Origin: Chrysemys picta bellii
Taxonomy: Eukaryota
DNA: 64,000 nt
Direction: 5' to 3'
Assembly: GCF_011386835.1 (NCBI RefSeq)
Contig: NC_088815.1
Coordinates: 14,074,001 to 14,138,000 of the forward strand
A program made the position numbers and the translations under genes. The notes beneath the pieces are model-generated. The model did no database searches, had not been told where the DNA came from, and worked only from the letters and a program-made list of their open reading frames with translations. Positions 23,785-34,094 of the stretch are shown here, piece after piece (position 1 is the stretch's first letter; each line of letters starts with the position of its first letter).

Positions 23785-25739
23785 CTTTTGTGTTTGGTTT
23801 CAAGTGTGATCAGATTCTGATAAATGACTCTGTAACAACATCTGCGTACCCTCATCTCTGCCCTTCATGGCCTGTCCTGCTGCATTGTCACCCCTGCCCG
23901 TCCCTGGAAGCCAACGCAACTACGGGTGGGCGAGATGGTGCCTATCCTGCCAAGTGCCACCAACACAAGTGGTAGCTGAACTCCCGGTGGCAGAGTTTTT
24001 AATACTGCTGGTGCCTTGGAAGGCAGGGAACATGAGGCTGGATTAGCAGCACCCAGGTGGCATTAGAAAAATCCTTGCAGGTCATCAACTGAGCTGGTTG
24101 GATCAGGAATCCCTGGGCCCTTTGCTTTAGGAGAGAATTCCCAGTGGCTTTAGCACTGAGAGAGCAAACGTTAAAATCCAGGTGGCCAGCTGTTTAACTT
24201 TGTGGCCTCAGGGCTGGGACAGGCAGGAGAGAAAGACCTTGTGGGGGGAAGCTGGAATTTGCTTCACACATGGCGACGTTCTGGGTAACCGATCTGCCTT
24301 TGTCACAAAACTGCCTTCCAGCGGGCAAACAACGTCCTTCCCAAACTAGTTGCCGCCCAAGAGCAGGGCACTAAATGCACATGTATATGAACTAAATGAG
24401 TAAAATGTGTTCAGGTACAGGGGACACCGGGGCAAAGTTACCCGAGACGGAACAGCACAATTCTTTGCTTCTTGGTTTTTAGCGACTAAATGACATTTCT
24501 ACAGATCTAGCTACGTAACCAGTGTTCCAAGGGCTATTCATTGCTCTGCCCCTGCAGAGAAATCTGGCCCCTGCAGTGAAAATAGAAGTCTTTAATATTG
24601 ATAGAAATGACTCGTATAAACCATTAAAAGAGAGGAATTTAGTTACCCGTGGCTATGCCTCAAGTCGGGTTGGACTAATGGCCTATTGAGCCGCAGGAAA
24701 TACCAGTTTTCAGAGGAGACCGAGAGTACGGCTACATTGGAGCTGGGAGGTGTGATTCCAGCTGGCGTAGCCGTTCCCAGGTGCTAGTACCTGCAACTAG
24801 CCGTGTGCCCCTGTGGGTGGGGGCTCAGGCTACCCCCGAGTACATGCCTGGGGTCGAGGCGGGCTTGTACTCAGAGCGGCTAGCCCAAACTGCTGCGGAC
24901 GCTCTGCTGGTTTTGGGTGCTTGTTGGAGCACAGCTAGCACGGGAACGTCCACAGGAGCTGGGGATCCCGCCTCCCAGCTCAAAAGCAGACGTAGTCCTA
25001 GAACCACATTTCTAATCCACACGGTGCCCTCACCCAGGCACCCTGGCCTATTTCCATCTTGAAGCATCGAATTCTGCTTCCCTACAGGTTCTCTGTAGCT
25101 TGTGCTGGAGAATTTATTCCTGTCCCAAATCCTGCTGTGGTGGTGCTGTTGAGTCTGAACTTTTGATGAGCTTAAACTTAACCCAGACTTGATGTCTCTG
25201 TCTGAACTTTTAATCAAAGCTCTGACCTGCGAACTACTCATGACACCCCCCCTCCCCTTAAGTAGCCGTCTCCCCTTATCTCTTTCTGAATGTACATTTT
25301 AACCTGTTTTATCCTGTAGAATCTTGATTGATTATGCATGACCATTATGATCTGTTAATCACTTTGTTTACTTCTGTGTATAAATATTGATGCTCACCCC
25401 TAATAAACTTGCCACACTTACTCTGAAGCTTTTCAAGCTAAGGATAGTGTGAGCCCGTTGATCAACGAATTGGTGTCTGGTCTCTGACAGATTGTGAGCC
25501 CATACCAACTCCGCACGAACTCGGGTGCTGGAGAGGTGAGTGAGGACTTGCTTTTTTACCTAACAATTTGGGGGCTCGTCTGGGATTTCCTTCTGGTGCG
25601 GTGCCTCTGTCCAGTGGTCAGACCACTCATATACGAATTGGCAGGCGCCACGGGAGATTTCTCCCAGCCAATTCAATATTGAGGGGTCGTGTACTGGACA
25701 GCAGGGTAAACGCCAGTTGGAGGGCTCCTGTCAGACACC

Positions 25740-26516
25740 ATGGGTCAAGGGACTAGCGTGCCTCTTGAGAGTCTGTTGGGGATTGTAAATAAGTTATGGA
25801 ACGAAGGGAAACTCCCAGTACAGACAGGAATGTCTAGGAGAAAGTTGTACACACTGTGTGTAAGGAATTGGACTGGGTATACCGCGGTATTGGCCGACCC
25901 GGAGATGAGGTGGCCTTCGTATGGCTCTTTCGAACAGGCTGCCTTAAGAGGAGTAAGGAGCCAGATCGAAAAAGACCATCCGGGACAGTTATGTTACTGG
26001 TTTTGTTGGGACACAGCAGCAGAGCTGTGGAAATCTTTAAAAATTATGGCAGTCAGGTATTCTCCCGAGAGTGAACCCCCTCCATGTTATTTCGATGAAG
26101 GGTGTAAACCACGGCGTGTTTTGACTCGTCAGTTGGTCCCCACTGCCCCTGCCCCTATTCCTCCGCAGGGGGACTCTCTCCAGGGCGCAGAGGGGAATCT
26201 GCAGGACTCCAGATCGGAATCTCTGCAGAGGGATAAGGGGGAAATGGAAGGGCACACCTCGGGAGGTGTAATTACTAGGCAAAAGATCAAGCAGATGCAG
26301 CAGGTTGCATACCCCTCCCCTGGGGACGCCCAGAGGGTCCGGTCGCATCCGCAGATACTTACACCAGGGACGAATACACCCCTGCACCACCAGCTTAGCC
26401 CGTTCCCCAGGCCTGGATCAACTACGGGCAACAGCAGCAGCTGCAGCAAACTCAGCCTCCTCAATGACGGTACCCCGGGGGCGAAGGCAAACAACGTGAT
26501 GGTCTTATTTCCTTAA
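25740..26516 (+). pseudogene. gag: ERV-B gag: MA plus late-domain region only; CA and NC missing
   Basis: MGQGTS start, PPPCY and PTAP motifs; no MHR or zinc knuckle before the protease; the C-terminal part of the ORF is out of frame with the original gag end. Confidence 0.8.
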
Positions 26517-29500
26517 TGTCTTTAGCCGGCTCCTTCCTCACTTTCTCCCCTCCCAGCAAAGAGCCTCGTCTAACCCTTTCAGTCCAAGGACTGCCTGTCT
26601 CTTTCCTCACTGATACTGGAGCTACTTTCTCTCTTTTAAATCATGCCCCCTCTCCCTGGCTATCCTCTGAAGTTAAAACTGCAACTGGGGTGGAGGGCAA
26701 CCCACAGTCTCTGGGACTCACTTTGCCTCTAAATGTTATTTATGCTGATAAATGTTTTTCTCACCGTTTTCTTTTTCCCCCAGCTTGTCCGATCCCTTTG
26801 ATGGGCCAGGATTTACTCTGTAAGCTTGAGGCTACTTTAACCTGCACTCCTGAAGGGGTAGGATTATTGATGACAGTGTTAGGAGATTCGGCCCCAACTC
26901 AGGGTAATTGGGAAACCGCCCCCCCCTCTGTCTCCCCTGACCTCACTGACTTGCCTTTAACCCTCTGGGGAATTTCTGACACTGATGTTGGCCTGCTCCT
27001 TTCAGCAGAGCCAGTAAGGATTCAAGTGAAGCCCTCCTTAACCCCCCCGTCAGTCCCTCAATACCCCCTGTCGTTGGAAGCCCGGGAGGGCATCCGCCCC
27101 ATTATCGAGGGATTCATTGCACAAAAGCTAGTCCGCCCTCAGCGCACTCCCTGTAACACCCCTATACTGCCTGTCAAAAAGCCTCCTAAAAAGGACGGAG
27201 ACCCTATTCGTTGGTGCTTTGTACAGGATCTACGGGTTGTTAATCAGTATGTGGTCCCTCTTCATGCAGTAGTTCCTGATCCAGCTACTATCATCAGCCA
27301 AATCCCCTGGGATGCTGAGTGGTTCACTGTTATTAACTTAAAATCAGCCTTTTTCAGCATTCCTGTGCACCCAGACTCTCAGTATCTCTTTGGTTTCACC
27401 TGGGAGGGACAAAGTTATGTCTGGCAACGACTTCCTCAAGGCTACAGAGACAGCCCCACGATTTTCAGCCAATGCCTCCGCCACGACTTGGAAGGCTTCA
27501 CCAGTCCGCAGGGATCCACGTTAGTCCTATACGTAGATGACATCCTATTAGGTAACCGCGAAGAAGCTGCCCTCCGCATCGATGGTAAGGCACTTTTATT
27601 ATACCTACACACCAGAGGCCACAAGGTAGACCCTAACAAGATTCAGTGGGTCTCACAGAAGGTCCGATATCTGGGCTTCCTGTTAACCCCAGAGGGGAGA
27701 CAAATGGACCCAGTCCGCATAAAGACTATCCAAAACTGCCCTCTGCCAAACACCAAGAAACAACTTCGAGGTTTCTTAGGATTAATTGGCTTCTGTCGCC
27801 CCTGGTTGCCGTCCTGCGGGGAGTTAAGCAAACCGCTCCACCGACTCACTGCTAACCTTGCTCCTGACCCTTTGCAGTGGTCCCCGGACACAATCCAAGC
27901 CTTTCAGTTACTCAAGGACAGTGTGGCCTCCTCCATGTCTCTCCACCCCCCCAATTACAGCAAACCCTTTCACCTTTTTGTCCACGAGAGGGGCGGAATT
28001 GCTAGTGGCGTCCTTACCCAGCTGAGCGGGCCCCACCATTTCCCGCTTGCTTTTTACTCTCAGCAGATCGACCCTGTCGCTCAGGGAACCCCATCCTGCA
28101 CCCAGACTCTGGCAGCAGCTGCCCTGCTGATCACAAAGGCAAAGAGCCTGACCCTGGGTCATTTTACCACCGTTTGGACCTCTCATGCCTTGTCAGCCCT
28201 TCTGCGTAGGGGCACAACCCAAGTCTTTTCGGCCCATCGTCAGCAACAGCTAGAGGCCGAACTCTTAGAAGACACTAACCTAATTTTTGAAAGGTGTGGG
28301 CCCCTTAATCCAGCTACCTTGCTTCCTGACCTGCCAGTCCTCCAGGATCAGCACGACTGTGTGGAAGTAGTTTATAGCATCTTACAGATAAGGGACAACC
28401 TGTTTGACGTGCCACTGGACAACCCTGATTGCATCCTCTTCTCGGACGGAAGCTCCTTCTATGTTGATGGCAAGCGTTTCACCGGTTATGCAGTCACCTC
28501 TGAATGGGACATTCAAGAGGCCGCCTCACTGCCAGGCAACTGGGGAGCCCAAGCCGCCGAACTCTATGCCCTGGCCCGAGCTTGCCAGTTGGCCGCTGGT
28601 AAGACCGTTACCATTTTTACTGATAGCAAGTATGCTTTTGGAGTTGTGCATTGTCACATCCACCTCTGGAAGTTTCGAGGTTTCCAGACAGCTGCCGGTA
28701 AACCCATTCAGCACCTCCCCCTCATCCACAAGCTTTTGGACGCCCTCCAAGAACCCTCGGTCCTGGCTGTAGTTCACTGCCGGGCCCATACTAAAGATGA
28801 TAGCCCCGTCACCCGTGGGAATGCCCTGGCTGACGCCTCCGCCAAGACGGCTGCCGTCTTACCCTTAGCCATGCCCACGTTGGCTATTGCAGCCTCCTCC
28901 TTTACTCCACCACACCCCATACCAGTACCCGCTGCTGAACTACAGTAGTGGGAGAGCCTCGGAGCCACTCTGGTCAAAGGGACCTGGATTATGCCGGATG
29001 GCCAAGCCTGCCTCCCTCGCTCCACATACCCCATGGCAGTTCGCTGGCACCATGATAAGGGGGGTCACTACGGCATGCACGCCTTTGTGGACACCATCGC
29101 TCGCTTTTGGTATGCTCCAGGCATTCAACCCTACTGCCTGTCAATAGTGAAAGCATGCAGCACATGTCAGCGTAATGGACCTGCTCCGCCTCTTAACAAA
29201 ATTAAGGGTGGAAGACCTCCGCCTGCTGCTCCATTTCAACATCTTCAAATTGACTTTGCAGATATGCCAAAGGCTTTTGGGAAAAAGCACCTCCTTGTTT
29301 TGGTTTGCCCTCTGACTTCCTGGGTCGAAGCTTTTCCTACTGCTAATTGTACTGCTGCCACAGTGGCGAAGATTCTCCTTAGAGACATTGTACCCCGTTT
29401 TGGCATCCCTCTCGTGCTTGACTCAGATCGCGGACCTCACTTTACTGGTCATGTCCTTGGCCGTTTAGAACAAGGACTGGGCATTTCACACTCCTTTCAT

Positions 29501-30145
29501 ACACCCTACCACCCTCAGTCTAGCGGGAAAGTTGAGCGTATGAATAGGGAGCTTAAGTTTACATTGGCTAAATACTGTCAGGAAACAGGATTAAAGTGGC
29601 CTCAGGTACTTCCCTTGATCCTGTTTCACCTTCGTACTCGCCCAACCCGTGTATTGGGATTATCCCCCTTTGAACTGCTCTATGGACACCCCCCTTTCAA
29701 AGGCGGGGCGCTACCACGTGCTGATGTTTCACTATTGGGAGGGGATCATATGACCGCGTGCCAGTTTCTCTCCCTACAGGCTCGCCTCCGTACCCTTTGG
29801 AAAGCCTCGCAGTTTTCCCAGACCGTGCCGCTGGAAGAACAGATCCACCTGTTCCAACCAGGGGACTTCGTCTGGGCCAAAAAGTTCATTCGTGGCGACA
29901 CCCTCCAGCCGAGGTTTACTGGACCCCACCAGGTTCTTTTAACAACCCAGACTGCAGTGTTCCTGGAAGGACGCAAATCCTGGATCCACCACTCCCACGT
30001 CAAGCCAGCCGTAGTGGACCACAGTAACAGACCAGCAGCTCTTGCCACCACTGAGGACACTGCCTCCGACCAGTGGACCAGCTTACCTCTTTCAGACATC
30101 AGACTTAAATTGACTCGGCAAAAAAGAGAGGACCTTTTATTCTGA
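26516..30145 (+). pseudogene. pol: ERV-B pro-pol, open except one in-frame TAG at 28946-28948 between RNase H and integrase
   Basis: FLTDTGAT (PR), QDLR, LPQG, YVDD (RT), FSDGSS (RNase H). The 810-aa and 384-aa ORFs are in the same frame (...ELQ*WESLG...). IN has HHDKGGH/CSTC and D,D(35)E (IDF, LDSD, VERMN). Confidence 0.93.
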
Positions 30146-31587
30146 CAACTGTATGTTTTTTATTATGCCTTTTTAGTTTATTTTCTGCCTATGAAGATAA
30201 TGCTTTTATTAGATATTCCCACGAGGTTAAAACTCGTATTTTAGGAAATAGAAGTAATTGCTGGGTATGTACTCAATTTCCAGTAAATGCAGAACAGGGA
30301 CTCCCCTTCACACCCATTCCCCTGACCACTGCTAATATGACTTGGATGCCACCGGCTAGAGTAAAAGATCCAATCCAACACAATCTTACATGGAACAAAA
30401 CAGGAGTGCCAATTAACAGATATCTCAGGGTAACCAATCAGACAGGATCACTGTGTTTTGTTAAAGAAAAGGGGTCAACTTTTGTGGGAACAAGTAAATG
30501 CAACATTTATTTTAATGGCACCGCCTTTAGTAAAAATCTTGGCTTCAAGCCTTGCGCACCCCACTTATCCCATATGTGGATCCCTCACCCCGATCCAACT
30601 TTTTCATGGGTGGGCAAGCCTTCAGAGTCAGCTTTTAAGAAGCCCTGCTCAGATCACGAGGGTGTCCAACTAATTGCTAAGGGACATACGATTGCCTTCT
30701 ACAACTGCTCAAGCAGTACTACACTGCCCTTTGAAAACACCACTACCAAATTGTGCCTCTGCAGTTCGCACAACGACCCCTCTGCGTTACCAGGGGAACA
30801 GTGGTCCAACGGGTGGTGGGTTACCTCCTACTTTGAGAAATGGAATACCCGAAACGCTTTGTATGGAACATACTGGGTGTGCGGGCCCAAAGCTTATTAC
30901 TTTCTCTCCCCTGATTGGGCAGGGTCATGTTATTTGGCATGGCTAACACCGCCTTCTCGCATCTCCCTCACTCCCCCTCATTTTCCCCACGTTCGTAACA
31001 TCCGTGAAACCTTCAGAGATATTAATATCCGTGATGGTTTGTCGTGGCAGCGGTGGGCTGGTCTCATTAGCTTGAGGGGTGGTGTCATCCGTCTACAGGG
31101 ACTACTAGAATCTTTAACCAATGAAACTGCGACCCTATTTGAGAATCAGGCCAGGGAAATGTCCCAGCTGCGCCAGTTAGCTTTGCAAAACCGAATGGCT
31201 TTAGACATAATGTTAGCAGCCCAGGGAGGAACTTGCGCCCTTATAAATGAAGAATGCTGTGTTTTTGTAAATGACACCTACTCTGACACTTTTCAACGTA
31301 CCAAACATCTAAGGGAAATGGCTAAGAACTACTCCTCTGGCCAGCCACCTTATGATTGGTGGGGAGCCTTATGGAATTGGCTGCCTGGATTTGGGTGGGT
31401 TAAAAAACTCTTGGTGGGTATTGTTGGGGCCATAGTAATCCTTATAATACTGTGTTGCTGTATTCAGTGTGTCCCCTCCCTCATAGACTCATGTGGGTCA
31501 GTTTATTCTTTTCCTACTTCAGCCAAGGGCCTTACTCTCTTCGAGTTGGCCCAGGCTGAAATTGCCAAGCGGCCCTTGGCTCCTTAA
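30109..31587 (+). CDS. env: ERV-B env: stop-free gamma-type envelope frame (~490 codons) lacking its initiator ATG
   Basis: Open from 30109: signal peptide RGPFILTTVCFLLCLFSLFSA, CWVC motif, RNIR putative cleavage site, ISD LQNRMALDIMLAAQGGTC, CX6CC (CALINEECC), TM LLVGIVGAIVILIILCCCI. The first ATG (30337) lies after the signal peptide. Confidence 0.88.
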   Translation: MDSAKKRGPFILTTVCFLLCLFSLFSAYEDNAFIRYSHEVKTRILGNRSNCWVCTQFPVNAEQGLPFTPIPLTTANMTWMPPARVKDPIQHNLTWNKTGVPINRYLRVTNQTGSLCFVKEKGSTFVGTSKCNIYFNGTAFSKNLGFKPCAPHLSHMWIPHPDPTFSWVGKPSESAFKKPCSDHEGVQLIAKGHTIAFYNCSSSTTLPFENTTTKLCLCSSHNDPSALPGEQWSNGWWVTSYFEKWNTRNALYGTYWVCGPKAYYFLSPDWAGSCYLAWLTPPSRISLTPPHFPHVRNIRETFRDINIRDGLSWQRWAGLISLRGGVIRLQGLLESLTNETATLFENQAREMSQLRQLALQNRMALDIMLAAQGGTCALINEECCVFVNDTYSDTFQRTKHLREMAKNYSSGQPPYDWWGALWNWLPGFGWVKKLLVGIVGAIVILIILCCCIQCVPSLIDSCGSVYSFPTSAKGLTLFELAQAEIAKRPLAP

Positions 31588-32256
31588 AATGGGGTGTAGC
31601 TTTTGGTAAATAGTTATCCCAAAGCTACAAATGGAGGAATGTTGAGTCTGAACTTTTGATGAGCTTAAACTTAACCCAGACTTGATGTCTCTGTCTGAAC
31701 TTTTAATCAAAGCTCTGACCTGCGAACTACTCATGACACCCCCCCTCCCCTTAAGTAGCCGTCTCCCCTTATCTCTTTCTGAATGTACATTTTAACCTGT
31801 TTTATCCTGTAGAATCTTGATTGATTATGCATGACCATTATGATCTGTTAATCACTTTGTTTACTTCTGTGTATAAATATTGATGCTCACCCCTAATAAA
31901 CTTGCCACACTTACTCTGAAGCTTTTCAAGCTAAGGATAGTGTGAGCCCGTTGATCAACGAATTGGTGTCTGGTCTCTGACAGATTGTGAGCCCATACCA
32001 ACTCCGCACGAACTCGGGTGCTGGAGAGGTGAGTGAGGACTTGCTTTTTTACCTAACAGTGCTGCCTGGCTGGGTGCTGTTAAACAATTGCTAAGTTCTT
32101 CCCCAGAGGGCGGGTAGATTTCAGTGGTGGGTGAAAAATCCCTGTGGAGACAGGGCCAAATCTTAACCCCCGTTAACACCTGTACAACCTGCCAGACTTC
32201 CAAAGGACTGCATGGAGGTGTGGGGCAGAACTAGCATCTTCTCTGAAATGCTAGCC

Positions 32257-32418
32257 TGTTTGTCAGACGCTGGGAATGGGCCACAGGGGATGGATCGCTT
32301 GAGGATTCCCTGTTCTGTTCATCCCCTCTGGGGCACCTGGCATTGGCCACTGTCGGAAGACAGGATACTGGACTAGACGGCTCTTTGGTCTGACCCAGTC
32401 TGGTGTTCTTATGTTCTT
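32257..32418 (+). mobile_element. CR1 LINE 3' end fragment
   Basis: 'ggcattggccactgtcggaagacaggatactggactaga...ggtctgacccagt...ttcttatgttctt' is a CR1-type 3' terminus. Confidence 0.7.
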
Positions 32419-34094
32419 GGAGGCCAAAGGGCCTGCAGGGATACCTGCTCCTTGGCGTGGTGCTGGTGTCACTAATGAGACCCATCAAGCAGCTACTTTT
32501 TAAATATTAATGAGCAGATCTGCATACAAACATAGGCTATTAAATGCTGGTTAGACTCCCTCATGGGTGAGTCCAGCCCCAGAGGGGAAATTAGCGCCAG
32601 GTGGTCTGATTTCCTCGCGGTGAGTAGATTATACGATCAAGAACGACACCAGGCAGCTTAGACGCAAGCCCACGCTGTGCAGAGCTCAGTAGACTCCAGG
32701 CAGAAGCATGTCGCGAAGGAGGGAAGGGAGGAGCAGGGAGAGGGAGACAGAATGGAGCCAGGACACATGGGGCGGGGGTCCATGCCGCAGACTCTGAACG
32801 GTACAATGACAGATTTCCCAGCATTCCTTGGGGTGCCTCAGCCTAGTAGGATCCAGTGGACTTGGAGTCTTTTCAATTAGTTTATGGCTATTACAGTTGC
32901 AGGAGGAGGCTGCTGGATTCTGGGGCGGGACGGGGCCGTTCCGTGCTGCAGCTGTTTTCGGGTCATTGCAGCTGTCTCTGGTGTGGAGCTGCAGCGTGCC
33001 CCGCTCTGTAGAAGGTGGGGGGGGGATCAGAAATGGTTGCTCACGAGCCCTGTCATCTCCTTTAAGCCTGGCTTCCCCTAGATGCTTCAGACGTAAGATT
33101 TCAACCCTTCCTGCATAAGAGAGAACATATATGGAAACGTAAGTCATTCCCATCTCTCCACACACGCTCTCTACGTCTGTGCTCCATGCTGTTTCTGTCA
33201 TTCACACAGAGGGTTAATGGGAAGACACAGCAAAAAGTACTCGAAGTGCAATCCGCAGCAACAGCCCATTGCGCTAGGCAGTCCCTGTTTGTACAGTCGA
33301 AGCACCAGGCGAAGGGTCTCTGCACATAAAGGCCCATGTCCTTGGCTGGGTGTACGTTGGCGTACGAGGTCAAGGGCGCTATGCCACTGGGAGCCAGCTC
33401 AGGATATGATTTTAGCTGTTCATCTGCACGGATGCCCTCCTCATCTGCCCTTCAAGCCATCGCTACTGGGCCAATTTCTAGTTGGTGTCATGGCAACGGG
33501 TCTTGATTTGCAGGAAGAAGTTAGTGGCTTTATGTGCACAAGGGAGAGGCGGTTAGGATAAAGTGCGGGCAGCCGTGAAAAGGCAGCGTGTCCTTAGAGC
33601 GGCGTGTGTCCAAAACCTGTGTGTGTGTGGGTGTGTGTGTGCACACCTGTTTGGGTGTGTGTGCAGGCATGGGTGTGTACATGAGTAGGCACATGTTTGT
33701 GCATCCATGTTTGGGCCTATGTGCATGTATGTGCCCGTGAGTATACGTGCATTCACGTGTTTGTATGTGTGAGCACATGGGAGAGCAGATGTTTGCATGT
33801 ATGTGTGAGCATGTGCGTTTGCCTGTGTGAATATATTTGCACGTGTGTGTGGCATGCAGATGTGTCTGTGTGTGTGTGCAGGTGTGCGCAGGGTTTGTGT
33901 ACCAAGCCCAGTTCTGCTGTGCAGCGGTACGAGGAAAGCTAGTATCAGGACACGAGTGGAACTGGGTGTGGGACCGGGTGCCAGCAATCCCCCTGGTGAT
34001 CAAGGGGGTGACTCCGCCCTGCCGACCCCCTCCGTCAGCCCTCCCCCCACCTGCATGCTGTTATTTCAGTGTCTCTCGTTTCCGTGGGACTTAC

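Larger units (their letters stand above)
25147..32058 (+). mobile_element. ERV-B: young class I endogenous retrovirus with a gamma-type env
   Basis: 419-bp LTRs (25147-25565, 31640-32058) identical by eye; 4-bp TSD GTGC; tRNA-Pro PBS TGGGGGCTCGTCTGGGAT (25569-25586, one mismatch); PPT aaatggaggaa; gag-pol-env order. Confidence 0.96.

Noticed and set aside
24727-25008. Imperfect inverted repeat suggesting a Harbinger-like MITE
   Set aside because: Termini and TSD are too degraded to define with confidence.
33530-34003. His/Thr/Cys-rich ORFs
   Set aside because: Translations of a degenerate (TG)n/(CA)n tract.
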